Notes under the pieces: model-generated
Told to the model about the DNA's origin: nothing
Database searches by the model: none
What the model saw: only the letters and a program-made list of their open reading frames with translations
Source: Flavobacteriia bacterium
Lineage (GTDB): Bacteria; Bacteroidota; Bacteroidia; Flavobacteriales; Flavobacteriaceae
NCBI GenBank assembly: GCA_018500075.2
Contig: JAHBAN020000085.1
Coordinates: forward strand, 1-35,799
Reading direction: 5' to 3'
DNA length: 35,799 nt
In this document: piece after piece, positions 26,813 to 35,799 of the stretch
Position numbering within the stretch: position 1 is the stretch's first letter
Layout of the letters: each line of letters starts with the position of its first letter
Program-made: the position numbers and the translations under genes

Positions 26813-27565
26813 TTAGCTGTTAAATTGTTTAAAGGCGGCTTGAGCGTCTGGACCTAACGATAGTGCTGCGGTTTTGGCGGCATTATTAGCTAGGGTTTTC
26901 TCCCAATCTGCTGTTCCCTGCCATAAAATAGCCTTGATCTCTTTAAGGGCTTCTGAAGTGTATTCTTTGTATGTTTGTGCCTTGTCTAGCACAACCTCTG
27001 AAAGGTTTTCTGTGTCGGAAATTAGCTGGTTAAACAGGCCTTTTTCTAGGCCCCATGAAGCGTCCTGCCATTGCTTGGGCTGGAGACAAAGGTCCGTAAA
27101 GGCAGGAACGCCCATTTTTCTAATGAGTGCAGGAGCAATGACCAGTGGTCCAATCCCAATATTGAGTTCGGATAATTTAAGGCCTGCTTTTTGATTGGCC
27201 ACCACATAGTCGCTAGCAGCAATAATACCAAGCCCCCCTCCAACAGATTTTCCTTGCACGGCGGTTACGATTATTTTTTCACATTCTTTCATGGCTAGAA
27301 TAAGTCTGCCAAACCCATTAAAAAATGCGGTGGCTGTTTTCAAATCTCTTAATGCAGCTAAATGTTTTATGGAGGCACCAGCACAAAAAGCCGCATCACC
27401 CTGAGAAGAGAAGAGAATGACCTTGACTTCTTTTTGTGAACTCAGCTGCTTAAAAGCCGTGATTAAACTGTCCAACAAATCAGGGTCACAGGCATTGCTT
27501 GCAGGGCTGTAAAAGCTAAGTTTGGCTATGTGCCCATCAATTTCTGTATGTGTGTTACCGGACAT
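26813..27565 (-). CDS. Enoyl-CoA hydratase/isomerase (crotonase), methylglutaconyl-CoA hydratase-like
   Basis: AFCAGAS oxyanion loop, VGGGLG (first catalytic Glu replaced by Gly) and LSELNIGIGP (second Glu retained). Confidence 0.88.
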   Translation of the reverse strand: MSGNTHTEIDGHIAKLSFYSPASNACDPDLLDSLITAFKQLSSQKEVKVILFSSQGDAAFCAGASIKHLAALRDLKTATAFFNGFGRLILAMKECEKIIVTAVQGKSVGGGLGIIAASDYVVANQKAGLKLSELNIGIGPLVIAPALIRKMGVPAFTDLCLQPKQWQDASWGLEKGLFNQLISDTENLSEVVLDKAQTYKEYTSEALKEIKAILWQGTADWEKTLANNAAKTAALSLGPDAQAAFKQFNS

Positions 27566-27577
27566 ATGTAAAATTTA

Positions 27578-28921
27578 TTAAAAGTAAGTTTTTTGCTGTA
27601 GGGGTAAAAATTTTCTTCTAAATTTAAGAATGAGCGCGGCACCCCTCATGAGCATCCACAGGACAAAAGCCACCCAAATACCTTTGAGACCCAAGCCTAA
27701 ATATTGGCTCAATAAAAGACAAGGAACAAAGACGGTGAAAGTGGCTAGTAGCAGTACATTTCTTAGGAATTTCATTTCTCCAAGCCCTTTAAAAAGACCA
27801 TCTAACACAAAGGCAATGCCGTTTAGTGGTAAGGATAAGAGAAGGATATAAAACACAGAGACAAAAACGCCAATGGTTTCTGGGTCTTCTGAGAAAACCC
27901 AACCTATTTTCTTGTAAAATAACAGCCCTACACCCGCTAAAGCACTACCAATCATAAAACCGTAGCGTCCAATTTTTTTTGCGAGCAGCCACAGCTCTTG
28001 ATATTCATCACTCCCAAGTAGTTTCCCTCCAATACTACTTCCAGCGGTTCCATAGCCATCTATAAAAAAGGCAGAGAACAACCAGAGATTCAGTAGGATG
28101 GTGTGGGCCCCAATATAGATGGTTCCCATGGAGGTGGCGGTTCTAACAGATAAAATAAGCGCTGTGTTTAGGGCCAGCGACCTCACAAATAAGTTGGCAC
28201 TCATACCCACAATATTTTTTAATTCTGGATGTATGGGTCCACGTACCCATATAGGGAAATCTGTTTTTTTATAGAGAAGGACCATGGCAATTAGGGCCAT
28301 AACTATTTGTGAGAAAAGGCTGGCCCAGGCAGCGCCACTGAGTCCCAAAGGCGCTAAGAATCCCTCTATACCATAAACCAAAATAAAGTCCAGACCTACA
28401 TTTAAAGTAGCCCCCGTAAGTGCAATGGCCATGGGCCAAAGGGTGTTTTGTAGGCCTCTGAACACCCCAAAGACACCAAAGGTAAAAAGGGTGAGTGGGA
28501 ACCCCCAAATTCTGATAGAAAAGTATTCTTCTGATAGGAGCAACAGCTCCCCACTGGCATTCATGAGGCTGAATATTTGTGTTTTAAAGACTAGGCTTAC
28601 CATCAAGATGACCAGGCTAACACTCACATTTACATACATGGCTTGAATGGGAAGGGCTTTAATCTGCTCTAATTTATTCTTCCCCAAATATTGAGAAACC
28701 AAGGAAGATATGGCGCTTTGGGTCTGACCTAACACCCAAACCAGCATGGATAAAAAAGAACCAACAATGCCTACAGCCGCTAGGGCCATGGCTCCTTTTT
28801 CAGGAATATTACCCACAATAGCGGTATCTGTTAAAGATAAAAAAGGTTCTGCCACCCCTGCAATGGTTGCGGGAATGGCCAGTTTATGAAGTCGTTTTAA
28901 TGGGGAGCTTGCAGGAATCAT
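27578..28921 (-). CDS. MATE family efflux transporter (DinF-like)
   Basis: LAIPA...EPFLSLTDTAIVG, FRGLQNT..P, LNVGLD and GAAWAS motifs; about 12 TM helices. Confidence 0.93.
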   Translation of the reverse strand: MIPASSPLKRLHKLAIPATIAGVAEPFLSLTDTAIVGNIPEKGAMALAAVGIVGSFLSMLVWVLGQTQSAISSLVSQYLGKNKLEQIKALPIQAMYVNVSVSLVILMVSLVFKTQIFSLMNASGELLLLSEEYFSIRIWGFPLTLFTFGVFGVFRGLQNTLWPMAIALTGATLNVGLDFILVYGIEGFLAPLGLSGAAWASLFSQIVMALIAMVLLYKKTDFPIWVRGPIHPELKNIVGMSANLFVRSLALNTALILSVRTATSMGTIYIGAHTILLNLWLFSAFFIDGYGTAGSSIGGKLLGSDEYQELWLLAKKIGRYGFMIGSALAGVGLLFYKKIGWVFSEDPETIGVFVSVFYILLLSLPLNGIAFVLDGLFKGLGEMKFLRNVLLLATFTVFVPCLLLSQYLGLGLKGIWVAFVLWMLMRGAALILKFRRKFLPLQQKTYF

Positions 28922-28953
28922 ATGAGAGCGCTTCTTAGCTTTTGTTTTGGGCC

Positions 28954-29454
28954 TTATAAAACCAATTCAAAACAGTGAAAAGGGGCTTTGCTTTTTACGG
29001 GAAAGTAAACATCTCCCAATTGGGCGTACCCTCTTTTGGTGTAGAAATTCACATTTCTTTTATTTAAACTAAAGGTATCTAGCCTGACAGACAGGTAGCC
29101 TTCTTGTTGTGCCTTAGCTTCTGCAAAATCCATGAGGTTTTGGGCGAGTCCTTTTCCTTGATGTTCTGGGTGCACACAAAGCCTGTGAATATAGATGTTT
29201 TTCCCCGTGGGTGTTTTCCATTGAATAGGCTCGTAAACTGCGTCCATAAAATCACTGACTACAACAGCCCCTAAAATGTTTTTTTGGCCTTCTAAAATAT
29301 ACAATTCTCCCCTGTCTAAGTCCTTTTGAAAAGCGGCTAGATTTGGGTACTGCTCATTCCATTGGAAGATGTTATTTGAAATCATATCCCTGGCACAGGC
29401 TTGGGTTATATTTAAAATATAGGGGAGGTCTTCTTGTTTGGCAGCTCGAATCAT
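28954..29454 (-). CDS. GNAT family N-acetyltransferase
   Basis: IHRLCVHPEHQGKGLA acetyl-CoA motif, VRLDT and N..FY.KRGY. Confidence 0.93.
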   Translation of the reverse strand: MIRAAKQEDLPYILNITQACARDMISNNIFQWNEQYPNLAAFQKDLDRGELYILEGQKNILGAVVVSDFMDAVYEPIQWKTPTGKNIYIHRLCVHPEHQGKGLAQNLMDFAEAKAQQEGYLSVRLDTFSLNKRNVNFYTKRGYAQLGDVYFPVKSKAPFHCFELVL

Positions 29455-29472
29455 AAAGGGTATTTTAAATCA

Positions 29473-29480
29473 CAAATTTA
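29473..29480 (-). promoter_or_regulatory. -7 promoter element (TAAATTTG) for the GNAT-MATE-crotonase run
   Basis: Exact TAnnTTTG match 18 nt upstream of the GNAT ATG. Confidence 0.55.
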
Positions 29481-29530
29481 TAGTATATTCATATGAGATT
29501 AACAAAAACAACCTAAACAATACAGTTCAC

Positions 29531-30328
29531 ATGAAACACATTCTTGTTCCTATTGGCACCAGTCCAGAGATTCATAAGTTACTTCAATATGCAGTAGATT
29601 TTGCTTCAGATTTTCAGTCACAAATTTTTGTAATGGAAGCTTTTAACGCTCCTTCTGCTCCTGGTACGCTAGTCAATATCTCGGAAAAAGTGGCCGCACA
29701 GAGCAAAGCCCATTTGCAAGAGGTGATTTCTAAGGTAAATTCAAAAGGCATTTCTATTAAAATAGCCACTTATAATGGAAGCGTGGTAGAGGGGATTAAA
29801 GCCATAGACAATGAATTGGGGATAGACCTAATTATCATGGCTCCTAGAACCAATGACATTAAAGATGTGTATTATTTAGGGCCAACTTCTGGAAGCATTA
29901 TAAAAAGAACCAATGTGCCCACGCTCATTGTCCCCATGGGCACTGAGTATGCCCCCACTAAAAATATTTTAACGGCCTTTAAGTCTGGGGTGTTAAAACG
30001 AAATAGAATATTAAATCCCCTTATTGAGATTCAAAACAAGTTTAAAGCTAAGATCTCTTTATTACTAGTGAAGACTCCAGGTTACACAGATGAAGATTTA
30101 AAAATTAATACGGCACTAATGGACATTAGTTCTCAGCTAAGTATGACAGAGAACGCAACTACTTATTTAGGCGTTTTAGAGCATTTTAGAACGCAAAAAC
30201 CAGATTTATTATGTGTTTTTAGAAGAAAACGAGGCTTTTTTGTTAAATTATGGGAAAAGAGTACCATTCTAAAATCAGAGTTTCATGTCTCTATTCCTGT
30301 CTTGGTACTTAGCGTAAAAAAGGATTAA
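29531..30328 (+). CDS. Universal stress protein (tandem USP domains)
   Basis: MKHILVP, IDLIIMA, YLGPTSGSIIKRTNVPTLIVP and IPVLVL. Start moved to ATG 29531. Confidence 0.9.
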   Translation: MKHILVPIGTSPEIHKLLQYAVDFASDFQSQIFVMEAFNAPSAPGTLVNISEKVAAQSKAHLQEVISKVNSKGISIKIATYNGSVVEGIKAIDNELGIDLIIMAPRTNDIKDVYYLGPTSGSIIKRTNVPTLIVPMGTEYAPTKNILTAFKSGVLKRNRILNPLIEIQNKFKAKISLLLVKTPGYTDEDLKINTALMDISSQLSMTENATTYLGVLEHFRTQKPDLLCVFRRKRGFFVKLWEKSTILKSEFHVSIPVLVLSVKKD

Positions 30329-30391
30329 TACGCTGGGCATACTTTTTTCATTGTGGTTTATAAAAAAAAGTCCTTTCTTTGCTGCGCTTTA

Positions 30392-30465
30392 GGGGGATTA
30401 GCTCAGTTGGCTAGAGCGCTTGCCTGGCAGGCAAGAGGTCAGCGGTTCGAATCCGCTATTCTCCA
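30392..30465 (+). tRNA. tRNA-Ala (anticodon GGC)
   Basis: Cloverleaf: GGGGGAT/ATTCTCC acceptor stem with G3:U70, GCTC/GAGC D arm, CTTGC-CTGGCAG-GCAAG anticodon arm and AGCGG-TTCGAAT-CCGCT T arm. CCA is not fully encoded. Confidence 0.98.
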
Positions 30466-30475
30466 CCTAACGCAC

Positions 30476-30506
30476 AAAGCCCGCTAGATTTGTAGTGGGC
30501 TTTTTT
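30476..30506 (+). terminator. Intrinsic terminator after tRNA-Ala (may also serve the convergent addB-like gene)
   Basis: AAAGCCCGCTA/TAGTGGGCTTT stem followed by a T run. Confidence 0.8.
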
Positions 30507-30525
30507 ATTTCTAATTATAAGTGGC

Positions 30526-33267
30526 TTACACTTCTTTCTCTACGAACGGCTGTTCTAGATTGAAAATTTCCAAAAGAATTTGTGCCAGAGACTCTTTAAA
30601 TACTTCTATGGTGTCTTTGCTTATGAGCTGTTTGTTGTCTGCGGCAGATGCATTTTCAAAATACATAATTCCTGGCTGGGTGTTTTTGAAACTATAGATC
30701 CCAGCCCTGAGCGCCGCTTGGGGATGTTCTGCCTGGTATACCATGGCGTAGGACAGCAATTGTAGCGCCTTGGCCAACTTAGGTTCCTCAGGGAAGGCCG
30801 TCCAATTTTTTACTTTGAGCTCAGTGGGTTTAACCATACCTGTTTTAAAATCTAATATCTCTAGCTGCCCATTCCTTTTGTGAACCCTGTCAATGGTGCC
30901 CTTAAATGTTATGGGAGTGTCTATGTCAGGAATCACTAATGAGGTGTTATAGGTTTGTTCTAGGCTGATGATCTCTAGGCCTTCTTCTACGGCAATTTTC
31001 TGATCATAAGAGATAAAGTCTTCCAGGTATTTTAAAATGACCCTATGGGCCAGGATATTTTTGCCACGCGCGCCTTCTAATGGGCTGTGAAATTCCTCGT
31101 ATTTAAGGGCTAAAACGGCAGGTATTTCAGATTTAATTTTCTCAAAATGGGCGCTGTTAAGGCTTGTGTTTAGATAGTTGGCATACAAATGATCCAAACT
31201 TTCATGGACAATGGTCCCAAAGGTATTATAAGCGATGATTTCTTCTACTGGATTGGGCTCTTCGATTTTTAACACATAGCTTTTATAAAAGTCTATGGGG
31301 TTGCGCACATAGCTATTGATGGCAGAGGGAGAAAACCCTCGTGCTGCTTTTTGTGAGATGGCCTCAATGATTTCTTGATTTTTAGAAACCTTAGTTAGTT
31401 GTTTTTTTATGGGCTCTATGAGTGGCGTAGCAATGAGGTGTTTTACTTGAACTGCAGGGATTTTTTGAGTTCTTAGCTGGTGTATAAACCTACTGGGTTC
31501 CCCACCTTCCAAAACATCAGTATCGGTGTTGTACAATAGGTGTACTTCCTTGGCTCTTTGTAAGAGCCTATAAAAATGATAGGCGTAGACGGCATCTTTT
31601 TCTTTAAAAGTAGGCAGCCCAAATTCTTTTTTCAAAGATAAGGGTATGAATGAGTTATGCGTTTTTCCTCCTGGTAAAATCCCCTCGTTTACGTCTGAGA
31701 TAATGAGGATTTCAAAATCCAAGTTTCTGCTCTCTAGCATGCCCATTAATTGTAATCCCGACAGGGCTTCTCCACTATAGGGCAGCTTGACTTTGTGAAG
31801 CCTTTCAGTAAAAAGCCTCCAAAAACCCTTTGTTGATTGTATGAATGGGTAACTGATTAATTGCGCTTCTAGCGCTTCTAGGATCTCTATAAAATAATGG
31901 GTTTCTGAGAGCAGTGTTGTGTGGTTTTCATCGGCAGCTCGCTGCTGTAAAAGCATACAAGTCTCAAGTAGTTGTTTGGAAAATAAGAGTGCCTGATCCT
32001 TAGAAGGAGTGAACAATAGCGCCAAAATTGTCTCTGCCAAAGGGAGTTGTGCTACAAGATCTTTTAGGTGGGCATAGGAAAGGTTTGCAGAAGCTATATA
32101 TTGCAATAGAGATTGTGTGCCTTTAGCCCCGTGATGGTCAATAAGTAAACTGGCATATGGATGCTGTAATATTTGAACCACATGCTGGTAATACCAGGCC
32201 TCTTTTTCTCCGCTAGTATGCAGTTCATACAAAGCTTGTATAAAGTGGGACAAGGCAGTTTCTGCGAGCGGTGATCCCATAGTTATATTAGCAGGACTAT
32301 GCGCTGGCAAACAAGGAATTAAGGGTTTTAAAAGAGATTCATTTCCCAGTACAACCGCTGTTTTTTCTAGACTTTCTTTGTTAAAACCAGAAAGAATTTG
32401 CCCCATGAGGTGCGCTTGAGAAACACTTTTTGGCACCCCGTATAGTTGTATTTTTTTTTCTTGGGTATACATAGAAGACACTCCTTGAATGGCTTCCTTT
32501 ATGGGTTTGTCTTTTAAAAAAGACCATTCTTTATGGTGCTTTCTAATAAAGTAGCCGGCTTCATGGATTGGGTTTTTTAAAAAATAATGATCCACATCCC
32601 AGTATACCTCCCCTCTTTCTTGTTTTACCACTTCTTGAATGATCTTGGACTCAGAGGTGTTTAGGGCATTAAAGCCTATGAAAAATAGTTTCTTATTGGG
32701 GTCTTCTTTTAAATAATCTTGGAGGTGTTCTGCGGCTTTTTTGTACAAAAGCCCCTGGTGTCCCATGTCTTTTTCTAGCATCTTCGCGCTAAATGCCTTG
32801 TAGATTCCTGGTAATTGCTCCCAAAAACTCAGGTAGTTTTGAACCAGCTCAGTCTTCTCTTCCTCTAAGGCCCAATGAGAGACCTCTTGAAGATTTTGCA
32901 GGTAGGTATATAATTGTTGTGCGTCTACTCCATAGCGATCAATTTCGTTAAAATCTTGAAGCAGCATGGTCCCCCAGGGAACAAAATTCACAAAGGAGTC
33001 CTTCTCTTTAATATCTGTTTCTAAGTAAGACTCGTATAAAAGACATAATTCTGTTTCAGAGTTTGACGGGATGAGTTTTGAGAGTTGGGCAATAAATTCT
33101 TCAATGCTAAAGAATTGTGGCGCAAAAACAGTTTTATCGATTTGTTGCCTGAGGTAGTTTTTAGCAAAGGTTCCCGCTCTCTTACTTGGAAATACCCAAA
33201 CGGTTTGGTCTAAGGGCCAAGCGTCTTTTAGAATTCTGTCTACAATCTCTGATAGGAAAGCTTTCAT
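30526..33267 (-). CDS. AddB/RexB-like protein: inactive helicase-like body plus C-terminal PD-(D/E)XK nuclease
   Basis: VFPSKRAG, LQLMGMLESRNLDF, NEGILP, FYRLLQRA and EPSRFI; nuclease motifs KGTIDRV, ILDFKTG and QLLSYA. Confidence 0.85.
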   Translation of the reverse strand: MKAFLSEIVDRILKDAWPLDQTVWVFPSKRAGTFAKNYLRQQIDKTVFAPQFFSIEEFIAQLSKLIPSNSETELCLLYESYLETDIKEKDSFVNFVPWGTMLLQDFNEIDRYGVDAQQLYTYLQNLQEVSHWALEEEKTELVQNYLSFWEQLPGIYKAFSAKMLEKDMGHQGLLYKKAAEHLQDYLKEDPNKKLFFIGFNALNTSESKIIQEVVKQERGEVYWDVDHYFLKNPIHEAGYFIRKHHKEWSFLKDKPIKEAIQGVSSMYTQEKKIQLYGVPKSVSQAHLMGQILSGFNKESLEKTAVVLGNESLLKPLIPCLPAHSPANITMGSPLAETALSHFIQALYELHTSGEKEAWYYQHVVQILQHPYASLLIDHHGAKGTQSLLQYIASANLSYAHLKDLVAQLPLAETILALLFTPSKDQALLFSKQLLETCMLLQQRAADENHTTLLSETHYFIEILEALEAQLISYPFIQSTKGFWRLFTERLHKVKLPYSGEALSGLQLMGMLESRNLDFEILIISDVNEGILPGGKTHNSFIPLSLKKEFGLPTFKEKDAVYAYHFYRLLQRAKEVHLLYNTDTDVLEGGEPSRFIHQLRTQKIPAVQVKHLIATPLIEPIKKQLTKVSKNQEIIEAISQKAARGFSPSAINSYVRNPIDFYKSYVLKIEEPNPVEEIIAYNTFGTIVHESLDHLYANYLNTSLNSAHFEKIKSEIPAVLALKYEEFHSPLEGARGKNILAHRVILKYLEDFISYDQKIAVEEGLEIISLEQTYNTSLVIPDIDTPITFKGTIDRVHKRNGQLEILDFKTGMVKPTELKVKNWTAFPEEPKLAKALQLLSYAMVYQAEHPQAALRAGIYSFKNTQPGIMYFENASAADNKQLISKDTIEVFKESLAQILLEIFNLEQPFVEKEV

Positions 33268-33288
33268 AGGTTTACGATGCTTAAAAAT

Positions 33289-33315
33289 AAAAAAAGCGCC
33301 GTGAAAACGGCGCTT
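33289..33315 (-). terminator. Intrinsic terminator after ompA
   Basis: AAGCGCCGT-(4 nt)-ACGGCGCTT stem with a T run on the minus strand. Confidence 0.88.
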
Positions 33316-33340
33316 AATTACAGGAATATTTTAGCGTGGC

Positions 33341-34600
33341 TTATGGTGTGTCTACAACCACTTCTACGCGTCTGTTTAATTTTCTGCCAGCACGGTTAAT
33401 ATTGGTGCTTACAGGCATGCTTTCCCCATATCCAATGGTTTTAAACCTAGTAGCGTCAATTCCTTTTTCTACTAAGTAGCCAACCACAGCCTGGGCTCTT
33501 TTTTCTGATAAGTTCTGGTTGAATTTTTCCGTTCCCCTACTGTCTGCATGACCAGAAACTGTAAAAGTAGCTTCTGGGTATTCGTTCACAATATTTAATA
33601 TATGATCTAAGGCAGGGAAAGACTCCTCTAAAAATGTAGCCTCTTCGTTTACAAATAGGATGGTTTTTGCATAGCTGTCTAATTGTTTTTGAACTGCTGG
33701 GCAACCGTTGTTTTCAGGAACGCCAGCCTCATTTGGGCAGTTGTCTTCTGAATCAATAATTCCGTCTGAGTCACTATCTGGGCATCCGCCATTGGCGAGA
33801 GATCCAGCCTCATTTGGGCAGCTGTCTTTACGATCTATAATACCGTCTCCGTCTGAATCTGGACAGCCATTAAATTCAGGCATACCAGGGCTGTTTGGAC
33901 AGTCGTCTTCAGGGTCAGGAATGCCGTCTCCATCTGAATCTGGGCAACCGTTAAACTGAGCCAATCCCGCAATATCTGGGCAGTTGTCCTCTTGGTCATA
34001 GACACCGTCATTGTCTCTATCTGAGCCGCCGCCTTTGATAGATAGTCCCAAACTATGCTGTAAATGAGCTACACCATTGATGTTTTTAGTGTGTTTGTAG
34101 TTGCTTTCAAAGGTAAGACCAATGAAATCATTGAACCAATAGTTCACGCCCACCCCACCATTCACGGTGAAAGAAGAGAGCTCGTTCATCCAATATTTCC
34201 CCAAACCAACAGATAGATATGGATCTAATTTGGTGTCTTTGAGAATGGCGTATTGAAAGGCCCCATCCATAGACATATACGTTTTATTTGCAGGGGTATT
34301 TCCAATGGTGGTAATCTTGTTTAAAGCCCCGCGAAGGCCAAAAGAAAATCCATCTTGAAGGTACACAGAACCAGCTATGTAAGTAGGGGCTGCTACAAAA
34401 TTCCAATGCTCTGCTACATTGAAATATTCTTCAAAAAGTTTTCCAGTGTCATAGGGGTTTACAGCGTTAGTTGGGAAGGCGTCTACGGCATTGGTTCCCA
34501 CCGTGATTTTAAATGGATTGTTGCGGTCTTGTGCATTTAGAGAAAGACTCCCCAACCCAATAAATAGCAAAAGACTTAGGTACGTGGCATGTTTCTTCAT
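33341..34600 (-). CDS. OmpA family outer-membrane protein with thrombospondin type-3 repeats
   Basis: Signal peptide (LNA|QD), beta-barrel, four DxDxDGxxDxxDxCP repeats and an OmpA_C domain (GHADSRG, NQNLSEKRA, NRRVE). Confidence 0.95.
   Translation of the reverse strand: MKKHATYLSLLLFIGLGSLSLNAQDRNNPFKITVGTNAVDAFPTNAVNPYDTGKLFEEYFNVAEHWNFVAAPTYIAGSVYLQDGFSFGLRGALNKITTIGNTPANKTYMSMDGAFQYAILKDTKLDPYLSVGLGKYWMNELSSFTVNGGVGVNYWFNDFIGLTFESNYKHTKNINGVAHLQHSLGLSIKGGGSDRDNDGVYDQEDNCPDIAGLAQFNGCPDSDGDGIPDPEDDCPNSPGMPEFNGCPDSDGDGIIDRKDSCPNEAGSLANGGCPDSDSDGIIDSEDNCPNEAGVPENNGCPAVQKQLDSYAKTILFVNEEATFLEESFPALDHILNIVNEYPEATFTVSGHADSRGTEKFNQNLSEKRAQAVVGYLVEKGIDATRFKTIGYGESMPVSTNINRAGRKLNRRVEVVVDTP
33698..34021 (-). 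repeat. Four tandem 81-bp (27-aa) TSP3 Ca-binding repeats within ompA
   Basis: DRDNDGVYDQEDNCP..GCP, DSDGDGIPDPEDDCP..GCP, DSDGDGIIDRKDSCP..GCP, DSDSDGIIDSEDNCP..GCP; 324 bp = 4 x 81. Confidence 0.92.
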
Positions 34601-34705
34601 TAGTGTGTTTTTTTAGATTATGAAGGAAAGATATAAAAACACTCCTAACTCATACAATCTTTGCAGTTTAACGGAAATTCCTGTTAGTTAAACGACTAAA
34701 CTGCT

Positions 34706-35780
34706 TTATTTGATGATCTCCAAGGCCTTTCCTACCTTTTCAAAGGCAACTAAAGCACGGTCTAATTCTTCTTTTTTAAGTGCTGCAGACAGCTGCACCC
34801 TAATTCTAGCTTTTCCCTTGGGTACCACCGGATAGAAAAATCCAATCACATAGACGTCTTCTTTTAATAAATCTGCTGCCATTTTTTGAGCCAAGGGGGC
34901 CTCGTACAACATAATAGGAACAATGGCAGAATCTCCGTCTACAATGTCAAAGCCCAAGTCTTTAATTCCTTTTTTGAAGTATTGGGTATTTTGTTCCAAC
35001 TGATCCCTGTACTGGGTGTCGTTTTCTATGAGTTCAAAAACTTTTAATGAGGCGCCAACAATAGCGGGGGCCAAAGAGTTAGAAAACAGATAGGGTCTAG
35101 AGCGTTGCCTGAGGATTTCTATAATTTCTTTTTTCCCTGTTGTATAGCCTCCCATGGCACCGCCAAGGGCTTTACCTAGGGTGCCTGTTATGATGTCTAC
35201 CCGGCCCATAACACCTTTGGCTTCTAGAGAACCCCTTCCAGTGGCGCCTAAAAAACCGGCTGCATGACATTCGTCTACCATCACCAGGGCATTGTATTGA
35301 TCTGCTAGGTCACAGATTTTGTCTAAGGGAGCCACCACACCGTCCATTGAAAAAACACCGTCAGTCACAATAATTTTAAAACGGGCACCGTCTTTTTCTG
35401 CTTGCTGCAACTGCGCTTCTAAGTCTTTCATATCGCAATTGGCGTAGCGGTATCTTTTGGCCTTACACAAACGCACGCCATCTATAATAGAGGCGTGGTT
35501 CAGGGCGTCTGAAATAATGGCGTCTTCTGAACCAAAGAGGGGTTCAAACAAACCTCCATTGGCGTCAAATGCAGCAGCATACAAAATGGTGTCCTCTGTT
35601 TGGTAAAACTGAGCAATTTTATGTTCTAGCTCTTTGTGAATGTCTTGGGTGCCACAAATAAAGCGCACTGAAGACATGCCAAATCCATGGCTGTCCAAAC
35701 TGTCTTTGGCGGCCTGAATAACCTCTGGGTGTGCAGAGAGTCCTAGGTAGTTGTTAGAACAGAGGTTAATGAGCTGCTCC
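34706..35780 (-). CDS. kbl: Glycine C-acetyltransferase (2-amino-3-ketobutyrate CoA ligase), 5'-truncated
   Basis: [43 protein letters not shown] and TLGKALGG. The track's MCIRDR start is adapter-derived. Confidence 0.95.
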
Positions 35781-35799
35781 CTGTCTCTTATACACATCT
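35781..35799. other. Nextera/Tn5 mosaic-end adapter contamination
   Basis: Exact CTGTCTCTTATACACATCT at the window end, interrupting kbl. Confidence 0.97.

Noticed and set aside
30392-30525. tRNA-Ala as a prophage or island integration site
   Set aside because: No integrase and no duplicated tRNA 3' end were seen; both flanks are ordinary chromosomal genes.
30526-33267. PD-(D/E)XK nuclease as an anti-phage defence or Cas4 gene
   Set aside because: Its length, helicase-like body and housekeeping context fit an AddB-type repair subunit.
33698-34021. Regularly spaced repeats that could be mistaken for a CRISPR array or VNTR
   Set aside because: They are in-frame 81-bp coding TSP3 repeats with synonymous divergence; there are no unique spacers or cas genes.
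801-34540. The many 60-130 aa overlapping ORFs in the track (e.g. 801-1001, 9840-10217, 10621-10974, 24807-25196, 33708-33959)
   Set aside because: They are antisense or alternate-frame shadows of well-supported genes and show no recognisable motifs.
35781-35799. Tn5/IS50 end as a genuine mobile element
   Set aside because: It is the synthetic mosaic end located at the contig terminus, with no transposase.

Overview
This 35.8-kb window comes from a Bacteroidota (Flavobacteriaceae-like) chromosome. The assignment rests on TAnnTTTG -7 promoter boxes, A/C-rich leaders without Shine-Dalgarno sites, Gln-start mature secreted proteins and the yceD-rpmF-fabH-accB-accC order. From about 9 kb onward it is mostly core housekeeping: ribE, pdxA, rpmF, fabH/accBC, asd, mscL, alr, tdk, rsmI, recJ, lpxH, queD, a MATE transporter, tRNA-Ala(GGC), an AddB-like nuclease, OmpA with TSP3 repeats and kbl. 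The left 9 kb is the accessory part. It has a minus-strand run of TauE exporter, TIM-barrel sugar isomerase/lyase, Kelch-propeller/TM/winged-helix sensor-regulator, YncD/PqqU-like TonB-dependent receptor and Tat-exported Gfo/Idh/MocA oxidoreductase, divergent from a sodium:solute symporter plus NagX-like gene. That cluster is the best candidate for an undescribed system. I also found an unannotated 33-aa membrane microprotein ORF and loss of Cys metal ligands in four proteins. The last 19 bp are Nextera/Tn5 adapter, not genome. No CRISPR array, IS or prophage was seen. All family calls are from motif recognition by eye; no searches were run.
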